From the IMG/VR virus record IMGVR_UViG_3300032284_001716, positions 35,512-99,511 of that record: a stretch of DNA of 64,000 bases; one strand, given 5' to 3'. Positions within the stretch are counted from its first letter, which is position 1. Each line of letters opens with the position of its first letter. Position numbers and translations under genes: made by a program. Shown piece by piece: positions 8,431 through 18,555 of this stretch. Source of the DNA: a virus. The notes below the pieces were generated by a model, which was not told where the DNA came from, made no database searches, and worked only from the letters and a program-made list of their open reading frames with translations.

Positions 8431-10148
8431 TGGCTATTGGTAAAGATACAATATCAAGCGGATTAGGTAAAATAACCGGTCTCGGTGGTGTACAAGGTGA
8501 AGATCTTGAAGCACCCGCAGCTACGACCGGTAATAAAGGTGCATCTACACCAACTACTGATGCACCTAATCCTGGCCACATTCAACAGAATGGTAAAAAG
8601 CCACCAACAACTAGTGCTGCTGATATTCTTAAAGCCGCTAGCCAAGGAGTGTATGGTCAATCAGCCATTGGTGTTAAAAAGCCTAGAGAAGAATTAACGA
8701 AAGACGATAACGCTGTCAAGAGCGTTAAGGATAAACACACTGAAGACAATAAAGGTAAACCTACAGAGCCAAAGAATCCTACAGCTGGTGCATCAGTGGC
8801 TGCTAAAATTCATGATGCTCTACTAGAGGTCGACCCGGATCAGATTGCTGCACCATTGAAGATGGCATTGCAATCAATGAATATGATTCGCATGATGGAT
8901 AATATGACATCTCCTGCTGGTATTCTGGCTATGGCATCTGGTGGTATCGGTGGTGCACTCGGTGGACTGGCTGGTGCAGTCGGTCTTGGTGGTGTTCAGA
9001 ATGCACTTAACGGCGCGATGGGTGGATTAAGTGCAATTGCCGGCGTAACTAGTACTATGCAGAATGCACTTCAAGGCGGTATGATGGGTATGATCAGTGG
9101 TGCAGCACAAGGTGTGTTTCATCCCGCCGAACTTGCGCAGACTATTGAGTCTGCGTCGATCCTTCATACAGCAATGAATGAGATTGCAGCAGGTAGCGCA
9201 TACGCAATTGATGCTGTCGCACAGTTTGGTGGTCCCGCATTTGGTTTAACACCCGGTTCGCTCGAGGCAAAGATTGCATTGCTTGGTCCTGGTGGCCAAA
9301 TGACGCATACTCAGATCATTAATGGTGTTCGTGTAAATACATATATTCAGACATCCTCTATTCCTATGAATAATCACTATATGCCAAAGCTTAATGGGCT
9401 TGAGCATGTTGCAATTGCAGCTGGTGCTATCAGCGATATTGCTGGTTCATTATCAGATTTGATGGGAGTTGATAATCCAATTGGTGATGCGCTTGGTAAA
9501 GCATCTGATGCTCTTGGTGATGTAGCTGATGTTGCAGGTATTGCCGGTGGAATTGGTCATATCGGTGGTATGGTTAATGGATTAATGGGTGGTGGACCAG
9601 CTAGTATTGCTGGTGGGTTAGCTCTTGCCGGTACAGCCGCAAACGTTCTTGGTGGCGCTGCTAATGCACTAAGTGCCGGCGGATTAGCTGGTGCATTAAC
9701 CGGTGGTATTGCTGGTATTGTCGATGGTGGGTTGAATAAAATTCTCGGTGGTCCGCTTGGCGGATTAATGGATATGGCCAGTAATTTAATACCTAGTGTC
9801 GGCGGATCTATTATGGATATTGTTAAAAAAGAAGTACCTGGTATTGCAGCAATTGGTGGTAAGATGCCTAAGTTAGGTGAGACTATGACTGATTCTGTAA
9901 AGGTACTTGCGCTTAGTAAAAAAGGTGCTGATGCTGCGCGTAATATATTCGAAGCACCACAGGCTGCAGCTATTGGTGAATTAGTTGGCATGACTGCTGG
10001 CCTTGCGGCTGCTGTCGGTTCGTTTAAAGCTATTACACCATTTGGTGATATTGTGCACTCTGTTGCTGCTGGTGCTGCTATTGGCACAGTTGCTGGTTCA
10101 GCTATTGGATCAGTTGCACAGGGTCTTGGTTCTATTCTTAAGGGTTAA
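8430..10148 (+). CDS. Gly/Ala-rich, glycine-zipper-like virion protein between the two gp5 halves
   Basis: 572 aa ORF with long GxxxG-rich hydrophobic segments; TAATG coupling to the OB-fold gene. Confidence 0.6.
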   Translation: MAIGKDTISSGLGKITGLGGVQGEDLEAPAATTGNKGASTPTTDAPNPGHIQQNGKKPPTTSAADILKAASQGVYGQSAIGVKKPREELTKDDNAVKSVKDKHTEDNKGKPTEPKNPTAGASVAAKIHDALLEVDPDQIAAPLKMALQSMNMIRMMDNMTSPAGILAMASGGIGGALGGLAGAVGLGGVQNALNGAMGGLSAIAGVTSTMQNALQGGMMGMISGAAQGVFHPAELAQTIESASILHTAMNEIAAGSAYAIDAVAQFGGPAFGLTPGSLEAKIALLGPGGQMTHTQIINGVRVNTYIQTSSIPMNNHYMPKLNGLEHVAIAAGAISDIAGSLSDLMGVDNPIGDALGKASDALGDVADVAGIAGGIGHIGGMVNGLMGGGPASIAGGLALAGTAANVLGGAANALSAGGLAGALTGGIAGIVDGGLNKILGGPLGGLMDMASNLIPSVGGSIMDIVKKEVPGIAAIGGKMPKLGETMTDSVKVLALSKKGADAARNIFEAPQAAAIGELVGMTAGLAAAVGSFKAITPFGDIVHSVAAGAAIGTVAGSAIGSVAQGLGSILKG

Positions 10149-10150
10149 AC

Positions 10151-10873
10151 ATGGCAAAGCCACCAAATAATCGATTTCCGGATCATCCACCCACACCGAA
10201 ACAATACCTAAGTCACGTATCGACACGTGTCGATGGAAGCTATCGTGCTCACTCGATTGATCCAAGTAATCGTATGAGAACCGTTGGATTCCTAACAGCA
10301 GCAGGTGTATTTTTAGCACATGTTATCGATGCTGCAGGACATGAGAGCTCGGCTACACCTGGTGGTACAAAACGATTCTCTCAGAGTGATACTAAGACCA
10401 CTACTAATCATGCTGATGCATCAGCTGGTGGCGGTAAGAGTGATAAGACAGCCGGCGGTGGTGATACACAGCATGGAGCCGATAAAACAGACTCTGTAAA
10501 GGGTGCCAAACTAGCTGCATCAAAGCAGTCTGCAAAGAACTTTGCTTCAGGTGGTAATGGTCGTCACGTAATGAAGGGTGATCAATCTAATGTCGTTGAA
10601 GAAGGTGGTATGCACTTTGATATTTCAAAGGGATATACACTTACTACTAAAGATGGATCGGTAGCATTAAAAAGCACAGGCGGTGACATCAATGTTTCTG
10701 CACCAGCAGGTAACTATGCTATTACAACTGCTGGTAATCAGACGCACATTGCATCAGATGACATGATATTTTCTAGTACAACACGAATAATTTTATCAGT
10801 TGGTGCATCATATATTGAGATTACACCAAGCAAGATTACTATTAAATCTGCTAAGGTTGATATTAACCCATGA
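10151..10873 (+). CDS. gp5: gp5 C-terminal beta-helix spike
   Basis: Gly/Thr/Ser beta-repeats ending IILSVGASYIEITPSKITIKSAKVDINP; PAAR gene follows. Confidence 0.75.
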   Translation: MAKPPNNRFPDHPPTPKQYLSHVSTRVDGSYRAHSIDPSNRMRTVGFLTAAGVFLAHVIDAAGHESSATPGGTKRFSQSDTKTTTNHADASAGGGKSDKTAGGGDTQHGADKTDSVKGAKLAASKQSAKNFASGGNGRHVMKGDQSNVVEEGGMHFDISKGYTLTTKDGSVALKSTGGDINVSAPAGNYAITTAGNQTHIASDDMIFSSTTRIILSVGASYIEITPSKITIKSAKVDINP

Positions 10874-11082
10874 GCCACAAGTTTACCATTCTAAAAGATG
10901 GCGTTCTTATAGACTACGATAAATATGAAGATATACCTGATTCTTTTGAACACGTAATTGCATTTCTACCTGAGATTCCTGATGGTCCACATACTGAGGA
11001 TCAACATGATGAGATTGAGCAATGGAATGATAAACTTCAAGCATTAATGAAGAAGGAACGAGAGAATGCCAGCAGTAACTAG
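10870..11082 (+). CDS. Small acidic hypothetical protein between spike and PAAR genes
   Basis: 70 aa ORF overlapping both neighbours; DIP..F.HVI.F.P..P.GPHT..QH.EI..W. Confidence 0.7.
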   Translation: MSHKFTILKDGVLIDYDKYEDIPDSFEHVIAFLPEIPDGPHTEDQHDEIEQWNDKLQALMKKERENASSN

Positions 11083-11356
11083 AAAAGGTGATGCTGATGT
11101 TTCTCACTGTAGTGGTATGACTAGAGATGGTTGTTCACCAGATGTTTATGTGAATGGTATTGCAGTTAGTAGACAGGGTGATAATAATACATCTCATCTA
11201 TTACCTGGAGCACCATGTCCTTCCCATGCAGCGCCAATAGCTACTGGTTCATCGACAGTGTTTGTTAATGGTAAGGGTATTGGAAGAGTTGGAGATGCAT
11301 TAAGTGGCTGCACATCAGTTGCAGCTGGTTCACCAAACGTATTTGCAGGCGGGTAA
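11066..11356 (+). CDS. gp5.4: PAAR spike-tip protein
   Basis: MPAVTRKGD, VYVNGIAVSRQGD, H...C..H, GSSTVFVNGK..GRVGD, GSPNVFAG. Confidence 0.93.
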   Translation: MPAVTRKGDADVSHCSGMTRDGCSPDVYVNGIAVSRQGDNNTSHLLPGAPCPSHAAPIATGSSTVFVNGKGIGRVGDALSGCTSVAAGSPNVFAGG

Positions 11357-11357
11357 C

Positions 11358-11780
11358 ATGGTTAGCAGAGCAGACAGTATCGGACAACTATATTATAAGG
11401 CAGATACCTACTCTGACTTCTCAAATGCGTTCACAAAGCATCCAGTGACCAACGAGTTAGTAGTGTTAAAGAATGAGGATTCCGTAAAGCAGGCCGTTAA
11501 AAATCTGATCTTAACAAGTGTTGGTGAAAGGCTTTTCGATCCATTTTTTGGATCAGACATCAATAGAACCTTATTTGAGAACTTTACACCATTTACGGCT
11601 GAAGATTTAGTTAAGTACATTAATAAATCAATCAGACTATATGAGCCCAGAGTTAATCAAATACAGATTACTCCATTAGATGATCGTGATCGTAACGGTA
11701 TCACAATTAACATTCTTTTCACACTAATAAATAAGCCAGATCCGGTTCAACTAAGCATCTTCTTAAAAAGAGTCAGGTAA
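11358..11780 (+). CDS. gp25: Baseplate wedge/sheath initiator
   Basis: YSDF, HPVT, SVKQAVKNLILT..GERLFDP.FGS, YEPRV; likely start is the ATG at 11358. Confidence 0.92.
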   Translation: MVSRADSIGQLYYKADTYSDFSNAFTKHPVTNELVVLKNEDSVKQAVKNLILTSVGERLFDPFFGSDINRTLFENFTPFTAEDLVKYINKSIRLYEPRVNQIQITPLDDRDRNGITINILFTLINKPDPVQLSIFLKRVR

Positions 11781-13613
11781 ATGGCAGCCAATACATCACT
11801 ATCACTGACATCACTAGATTTTGATACCTTAAAGACTAACTTTAAAGGCTTTCTGACATCTCAGCCTCAGTTCAAAGATTTCAACTTCGAAGGCTCAAAC
11901 ATGAACGTCCTCCTGGACGTCATGTCATATAACACCTATCTGAACTCTTTCTACCTGAATATGGTATCATCCGAGATGTTCATGGACACAGCACAGAAAT
12001 ATGATTCTGTCGTGTCTCATGCTAAAGAGTTGAACTACCTTCCAAAGTCCGCCAAGTCTTCACTGGCTACTGTTTATTTTGATGCATCAACAATTGGTAT
12101 CTCGCCTCCTTTCTCTATTCCTAAAGGGGTGACGTTTAGTGGTACCAATTCAAATGGTGTATTTACATTCTCAACTAATCAGCTTCATAACTATCAGTCG
12201 GCAAACTCTACCTACACTGTAACAGGCTTAAACCTGTACGAGGGTGTGTATACAACTGACGTTTTTGTGGTTGACTATACAGTAGAGTCTCAAAAATTCC
12301 TTCTTACTAACGAGAATATTGACATTGATAGTTTAACTGTTACTGTTAGTGAGTCTGGTAACGATACTGTTTTTGCACGTGTTCAAACACTGTTTGGATT
12401 AAGTGAAGTATCAAACGTCTACTTCCTTCAGGGTGCACAAAACGGTCTTTACGAGGTTGTATTTGGCGACGGTCTGTTTGGCCGTAAGCCAGACAACTTA
12501 GCAATCATATCTGTTGAATATCGCGTATGCAGTGGTCCTGCGGCCGATGGCATCGACTCATTCCTATGTACGATGGATCTTGGCCAAATTAATGGTGGTA
12601 CTGCATCAATCTCAACACCAGTTGCATCTGCTATCTCTGCGGGTGGTGCAGACCCTGAATCGATTGAGTCTATTAGATTCTCTGCTCCTCGCTACTTTGC
12701 TACACAGCAAAGAGCTCTAGCATCTGACGACTACTCATCTCTTGTTCTGGATAACTATGGCGGACAGATTGATGCTGTTAGTGTGTATGGTGGTGAGACT
12801 CTTGAGCCTAAACAATATGGTCGTGTGGTTGTTTCTCTAAAGCCTATGGGTGGTACAGTTACACCTGATTATCTGAAGAATGAGATTTCATCATTCCTTA
12901 AGGCATATACATCTCTACCTACACGTATTATCATTGCTGATCCAGAGTATTTTTATCTAGGTGTCGATACAACTGTACAGTATGAGAAGGTCGCAACCAC
13001 AAAGCTAGTAACCGAACTTCAATCATTGATTGTTAACTCTATCTCAACATGGGGACAGAATAATCTTGGGCAGTTTGGTACTGACTTTAGATATAGTAAG
13101 TTTGTTGCTGCTATTGATGCGGTAGATACATCCATCACAAGTAATAATACAGACATCTATATGATTAAGCGTTTGTCACCACTTCTTGGATATGCTTCCG
13201 GATTCTCAATCTCATTTAATAACTCTGCAGATATTGAGCAGACATCACCGGGTTATACAAAGAATAAGCCGTTTCATGATGAGCCTGTCCTCACATCGAC
13301 AAAGTTTACCTATATGGATGCTGATGATAATATATGGGAAAATTGCTTTTTCAGGGATAATAATCTAGGCACTATTGTCATCTATTCTGTTATTAATGGT
13401 GAATTCACTATCATTAATCCATTAATTGGCACTATCAATTATGTCACAGGCCGTGTTGACATTCAGAAATTTATCACTACATATTATGACCAATACATAG
13501 CAATTAAATATAAGACTCTGAATAAGGATGTTATCATCGGGCAGAATGCTATTGCTCTGATCGACATCAACAGCTATGATGTGAATGTTTCCGTTATAGA
13601 GACATTAAAGTAA
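11781..13613 (+). CDS. gp6: Baseplate wedge subunit
   Basis: LDFDTLK, FKDFNFEGSN..VLLD, YEVVFGDG.FG, GGADPESIESIRF.AP, QRA....DY. Confidence 0.95.
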   Translation: MAANTSLSLTSLDFDTLKTNFKGFLTSQPQFKDFNFEGSNMNVLLDVMSYNTYLNSFYLNMVSSEMFMDTAQKYDSVVSHAKELNYLPKSAKSSLATVYFDASTIGISPPFSIPKGVTFSGTNSNGVFTFSTNQLHNYQSANSTYTVTGLNLYEGVYTTDVFVVDYTVESQKFLLTNENIDIDSLTVTVSESGNDTVFARVQTLFGLSEVSNVYFLQGAQNGLYEVVFGDGLFGRKPDNLAIISVEYRVCSGPAADGIDSFLCTMDLGQINGGTASISTPVASAISAGGADPESIESIRFSAPRYFATQQRALASDDYSSLVLDNYGGQIDAVSVYGGETLEPKQYGRVVVSLKPMGGTVTPDYLKNEISSFLKAYTSLPTRIIIADPEYFYLGVDTTVQYEKVATTKLVTELQSLIVNSISTWGQNNLGQFGTDFRYSKFVAAIDAVDTSITSNNTDIYMIKRLSPLLGYASGFSISFNNSADIEQTSPGYTKNKPFHDEPVLTSTKFTYMDADDNIWENCFFRDNNLGTIVIYSVINGEFTIINPLIGTINYVTGRVDIQKFITTYYDQYIAIKYKTLNKDVIIGQNAIALIDINSYDVNVSVIETLK

Positions 13614-15871
13614 TGGAATTTTCAGTAGAGAAAAAGATCTCTAGCTTTGTTGAATCCCAGTTCCCTCAATTCTATCTGGATGAGGGTCCAAACTTTGTAG
13701 CATTCGTCAAAGCCTATTACGAGTGGATGGAGTCAGAGGGTGGCGCAATATATGGTGCTAGAAATATCTTTGATTTCAGAGATATTGACAACACCCCTGA
13801 TACTATGCCGTGGAATGATTCTAGCCTTAATGGATTCCTAGAACATTTCCAGCGTAAGTATCTCTACAGTATTCCATTCAACGTTATCGTCAATAAGCGA
13901 TTCCTTCTTAAGCACATTCTTGATGTATATCGTTCTAAAGGTACGATCAGCTGCTATAAGCTTCTATTCCGCCTCATCTATAATGAGGATGTTGATGTTT
14001 ATCTTCCCGGCGTTAATGTACTACGTTTATCGGATGGTAAGTGGAATCAACCATTATACCTCGAGGTATCTGATAGTACTATTAGTCCAAGTTTTGTTGG
14101 CAAACGTATTATTGGTCTAGGCTCACGCACTACAGCTACTGTGGAAAACTATAGTAGAGAGCCTATTAATGAGAATCTAATTTGTACATTATCATTGACT
14201 TCTATCCTACCAAAAGGTGGCACATTCACTAATGGTGAGAAAGTAATTGTCGTTGAAGATGCAACTAATGGAACACGTGTAGATTTAGCACCTGTTATCA
14301 TCGGCTCTCTTGATTCACTTGACATTATTAACGGCGGCCAAGACTATCAGGTTGGCGATGTCGTTAAGATTGCCCATCGTGATATTGTCACCGGTGCTTT
14401 AACATCATATGGTGTTGATGGAACACTTCGCGTTGCTGAGACTGCAACATCACAGGGCTCTATCCACTATAATATTAAGAGCGGTGGTTTTGGTATCTCG
14501 ATTGCCCAGGGCGCTCATATCTTTCAGTATAAGGGTAATGCTGATGGCGCCGGCGCCACATTCCAGATTGGTGCATTATCATATACCATTCCAGTAGTCT
14601 ATAACACTGATATTATCAGTGACTTTTTAGATGTTCAACTTGATGCAACATCATACGGGTTTGCTGCAAATGCAGCCGCAAATGCTAGTAGTGTTATTGG
14701 CCCATCAGATATTGAGTCCACACTATCATATGATATGAAAGTATTCGGATCTCTTGCAGCGCTGACTAACCAATATGGTGGCAATGGATACTCATCAAAT
14801 CTGAATATCTTTATCCGCAATACGATGGAAGCTGGCCAGTATTTAAGTGGTAATATCAGCTATAATACCACATCAAATACTATTACCGGTACTAACACTA
14901 CATTCCAAAGATACTTCTCAGCAAATGACGTCATATGGCTTCAGGCTAATACAGCTAATAATCTAACAAAAGAATACGCTGTTATTAAGTCAGTCGATAG
15001 TAACACAAGTATCACACTTTATGGTGCACCATCTATTAACTCGACAGCATCTGCAAAGCATAAAGTATCAACGGTTATTCTACCATCGCAGTTTGCCACG
15101 TATGAACCCATTGTAGCAACTAAAGATGGTTCTATTGCCGGCCTTAACTCAATCGTTGAAGGCGTACCTGCTGTAGGCTCTGGTGTTATCTCTCGCCTTG
15201 ATGCTGTTAACTCTGGTAAAGGTTATGTTGATACGGAGTATGTATCCGCATACCTATATGCCGGCTTAAGCTCAATTACTATCTACAATGGTGGTATATT
15301 ATACGCTAACGGTGAAGTTATTGTTTTTGCCGGCGATACTGAAGGAACTAGGGCCACCGGTTATGTCACAACAAATGCCAATGGTACAATTCTTGCAGCT
15401 ACTCTAACAAATGCTGGTTCAGGCTATAAAGGTGCACCTAGACTAATCGTACGTACACAGTACGGCACCGGCGCTGTGCTTGCAACCACAGTTAATGAGT
15501 TTAATCCACTCAGTAAAATCACAGGGCGTGTTAAAAAGACTGGACTAGGTAAGACTGCAGGTTTCTGGAATACAGACGATGGCTTCTTGGATTCGAATAA
15601 ATATATCCAGGATAGCTTCTTCTATCAAGACTTCTCATACCAACTCAAGACTGCTGCAACACTTGATAAGTATAAGAACATCTTGTATCAGACATTTCAT
15701 ACATCTGGTGCAGAACTGTTCGGTGAATATTCTAAGACGATTATTGATGGTGTACAAGCATCTATCTTGCAGGAAACTACGACGCCGTTATATGTATTGC
15801 CAGAGTATATTACTATTGACGATACAACAAGATCAATTGATACAACACACTATACGGCAGACCAACTCTAA
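13613..15871 (+). CDS. gp7: Baseplate wedge initiator (gp7-like)
   Basis: SQFP.F, FV.FVKAYYEW, Y.SKGT..YKLLFRL.Y, IQDSFFYQDFSY.LK. Confidence 0.8.
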   Translation: MEFSVEKKISSFVESQFPQFYLDEGPNFVAFVKAYYEWMESEGGAIYGARNIFDFRDIDNTPDTMPWNDSSLNGFLEHFQRKYLYSIPFNVIVNKRFLLKHILDVYRSKGTISCYKLLFRLIYNEDVDVYLPGVNVLRLSDGKWNQPLYLEVSDSTISPSFVGKRIIGLGSRTTATVENYSREPINENLICTLSLTSILPKGGTFTNGEKVIVVEDATNGTRVDLAPVIIGSLDSLDIINGGQDYQVGDVVKIAHRDIVTGALTSYGVDGTLRVAETATSQGSIHYNIKSGGFGISIAQGAHIFQYKGNADGAGATFQIGALSYTIPVVYNTDIISDFLDVQLDATSYGFAANAAANASSVIGPSDIESTLSYDMKVFGSLAALTNQYGGNGYSSNLNIFIRNTMEAGQYLSGNISYNTTSNTITGTNTTFQRYFSANDVIWLQANTANNLTKEYAVIKSVDSNTSITLYGAPSINSTASAKHKVSTVILPSQFATYEPIVATKDGSIAGLNSIVEGVPAVGSGVISRLDAVNSGKGYVDTEYVSAYLYAGLSSITIYNGGILYANGEVIVFAGDTEGTRATGYVTTNANGTILAATLTNAGSGYKGAPRLIVRTQYGTGAVLATTVNEFNPLSKITGRVKKTGLGKTAGFWNTDDGFLDSNKYIQDSFFYQDFSYQLKTAATLDKYKNILYQTFHTSGAELFGEYSKTIIDGVQASILQETTTPLYVLPEYITIDDTTRSIDTTHYTADQL

Positions 15872-15883
15872 GGAATATAGGCA

Positions 15884-16987
15884 GTGGCTCAACAGAATCT
15901 AAACGTAGGATTAGCGATTAACGACGGTACCGGTGACGTACTGCGCACTGCTTTTATCAAGATCCAAAATAACTTCTCTGACGTTTACACAAACTATGTT
16001 TCCAATACCCAGTTAATTGCCAATCTAGCATTATATCAGACACTATCAGGACTTCAATCTAATATTGCACCAATGTCCGTTAATACGGCAAGCTATATTG
16101 GAAGTCTTCCAGCAGCTAACGTCGTTTCAAATGCACAGTTGATTGCTAACCTAAGCAATTATGTGGCAAGCAATACTTTAGCAGGTCTTACACTTCAGAA
16201 TACAGCAAACAACACAAATTATGTTGGTCCTATCCCAGCATCTAATGTTGTTTCATCTGCTATCCTATCTGGTAATCTAGCGGCCTATCTAACACTTACT
16301 GGTGTTGCTGCTAACGTTCTTCAGGTCACAGCAAACAACTCTAACTATTTTAATAGTCAGAATGCTGCGTATTACACCAATGCTTCAAATTATCAGACAG
16401 GTACTTTACCGTGGGCACAAGCACCAACTGGTACAGTAAATACTTCGGCTGCATTTACATTTGCAAATACGATCACATTCTCTTCTAATATTGTTGCCAA
16501 TAGAATTTCTGCAAATGGCGGACTTGGTAATAATCAGATACTGGCTGCTAACTCTACAGGTGGTCTTTATTGGTATACACCATCAGCGTTTGATACAACT
16601 GCTCAATATACCTTCACGAATGCTATCTCATTCAGCAGCAATGTAAACTTTACCGGAACTATCAGTGCTGCTGGCGCAAATACACTATCTCAACTATTGA
16701 CCGATACTAGTGTTATCACATGGAACATGGCACAAGGTCAGATTGCTAAGGTAACTCTTGGTGGTAATAGACAAATGGCTAATCCAACTAATATGAAAGT
16801 TGGAACGTATATCTTGTATGTTTATCAAGATGGAACTGGCAGCAGAACGCTGACATGGGGCACTGCATTCAAGTGGACTGCAGGTGTAGCTCCAGTATTA
16901 TCAACAGCTAATGGTGCGCTTGATATGTTTACGTTTGCATCAGACGGAACAAATCTTTACGGCTCATACATGCCGAATCTTAAGTAG
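15884..16987 (+). CDS. gp9/gp10-like baseplate fibre with shared C-terminal tip domain
   Basis: N-terminal QNLNVG..INDGTGD.LRTAF.KIQNNF motif; its last 103 aa are paralogous to the C-termini of ORFs 28676 and 41773. Confidence 0.75.
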   Translation: MAQQNLNVGLAINDGTGDVLRTAFIKIQNNFSDVYTNYVSNTQLIANLALYQTLSGLQSNIAPMSVNTASYIGSLPAANVVSNAQLIANLSNYVASNTLAGLTLQNTANNTNYVGPIPASNVVSSAILSGNLAAYLTLTGVAANVLQVTANNSNYFNSQNAAYYTNASNYQTGTLPWAQAPTGTVNTSAAFTFANTITFSSNIVANRISANGGLGNNQILAANSTGGLYWYTPSAFDTTAQYTFTNAISFSSNVNFTGTISAAGANTLSQLLTDTSVITWNMAQGQIAKVTLGGNRQMANPTNMKVGTYILYVYQDGTGSRTLTWGTAFKWTAGVAPVLSTANGALDMFTFASDGTNLYGSYMPNLK

Positions 16988-16998
16988 GATAGAATTTT

Positions 16999-18546
16999 AT
17001 GGGAAAGCTGCTACCTGGTTTCAGAAAATCACTTGTTGATGAGATTCAAATTGGTATTCAAGCCAATACATCTCACTACTATGCTTTCGCTGCAAACCCC
17101 GTTCCATTCACCGGCACAATACCTACTACAAAGGGTGATGATTATGACTCTGTTTTTGGTAGTGATTGGAAGATGGTATTTGGCAAAAAGCTAAATGCTA
17201 ATAATATCTTTGCTATGATTAAGAGATATGATTGGACATCTAATACGGTGTATCAATTCTATGATGATAAAAAGGATCTAAGTAACTCACAGTTTTATGT
17301 GATTACAACACCTACTTCATCAGTCGGTTATTATAACATCTACAAGTGTATCGACAATGCTAATGGTGCACCTTCCACATCACAGCCCGATCTAGTTCAG
17401 CCACAAAGCTTTCAGAAGTCTGACGGATATATCTGGAGATATATCAGCTCGATCGATTACGTAACATATGCCAGATATACTACAACAATGTTCGTCCCAA
17501 TTACATCAAATGCCACAATTGTAGCTAGTGCTTCTAATTATACTGGTGTTGAGAAGATTGTTGTTACCAATGCTGGTTCTGGTTATGAAACGTGGCATAA
17601 TGGTGCCATCAACGGTGTGCTTGATAGCTTTACCATTCAGATTGCAAATAATGCAGCTACAGTTGATAACTACTATACAAATAATAGCATCTACATCTAT
17701 GATGTTAACGGTGGAACGGCACAGCTTAGAAACATTGTTGCTTATAATTCAACAATTGGTCAGGGTAACTTTATTACAGTTGATGCTGCAGTTAACACCA
17801 CTCTTATTACTGCCGGCTCTACACAGTATAAAATTTCTCCACAAGTATACTTTGAAACTGATGCATCTTCGAAGCCTAAGGCATATAGCACAATAACACC
17901 GGGTAACAATACAATTGGTGCTATTACTATTGTTGATACAGGTTCAGGTCTAAGTTGGGCCAATGCACGAATCATCAGTAACTCTTCATATGGTACTGGC
18001 GCAACACTTCGTCCTATTGCTCCGCCCGCGGGTGGCCATGGCCGCGCACCTTCAGCTGAACTTCAATCCGCTGGTATTGGTTACTCATTTACATTCTCAA
18101 ATACTGAGCTTAATACTATTTCTACTGACTTAACATACAATCAGATTGGTATCATCAGAAATCCAACATCACTTCTTCAAGATGGATCTGGTGATAGCAA
18201 CGGTGTGTTCTGGTTAGCTAACACATTCAATCAAATTTTGAAGGCAAACATTAATCCAACTGGTGTTCTTTATACAGTTGGTGAGACTGTAAAAGGTAGG
18301 ACTTCAAATGCCACTGGCATTGTTGTCTTCTCTAATAGTTCAGTTCTTTATCTTGCTGGCGATAAATATTTCTCAAATTTAGAGATGGTTACATCTAGTG
18401 ATGGAATTAGATCCACAGCAATCACTATAAATACGTATGGGGACATCTATGCTACCGACGTATATCCGCTGTACGTCCAGAACATTGATAACGTAACGCG
18501 CTCCAATACCCAGTCTGAGACTTTCAAGCTGATCATACAGGTTTAA
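16999..18546 (+). CDS. gp8: Baseplate wedge subunit
   Basis: RYDW...VY..YDD, FYV.T, YKCIDN, DGYIWRY, P..GHG, QIGIIRNP, RS..Q.E.FKLII. Confidence 0.88.
   Translation: MGKLLPGFRKSLVDEIQIGIQANTSHYYAFAANPVPFTGTIPTTKGDDYDSVFGSDWKMVFGKKLNANNIFAMIKRYDWTSNTVYQFYDDKKDLSNSQFYVITTPTSSVGYYNIYKCIDNANGAPSTSQPDLVQPQSFQKSDGYIWRYISSIDYVTYARYTTTMFVPITSNATIVASASNYTGVEKIVVTNAGSGYETWHNGAINGVLDSFTIQIANNAATVDNYYTNNSIYIYDVNGGTAQLRNIVAYNSTIGQGNFITVDAAVNTTLITAGSTQYKISPQVYFETDASSKPKAYSTITPGNNTIGAITIVDTGSGLSWANARIISNSSYGTGATLRPIAPPAGGHGRAPSAELQSAGIGYSFTFSNTELNTISTDLTYNQIGIIRNPTSLLQDGSGDSNGVFWLANTFNQILKANINPTGVLYTVGETVKGRTSNATGIVVFSNSSVLYLAGDKYFSNLEMVTSSDGIRSTAITINTYGDIYATDVYPLYVQNIDNVTRSNTQSETFKLIIQV
18426..18433 (+). 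promoter_or_regulatory. T4-type late promoter TATAAATA
   Basis: Exact consensus near the 3' end of gp8, about 120 bp upstream of ORF 18556. Confidence 0.55.
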
Positions 18547-18555
18547 GGATAGAAG

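Noticed and set aside
9557-10087. 176 aa antisense Pro/Ala-rich ORF
   Set aside because: Mirror of the Gly/Ala codons in ORF 8430; no recognisable domain.
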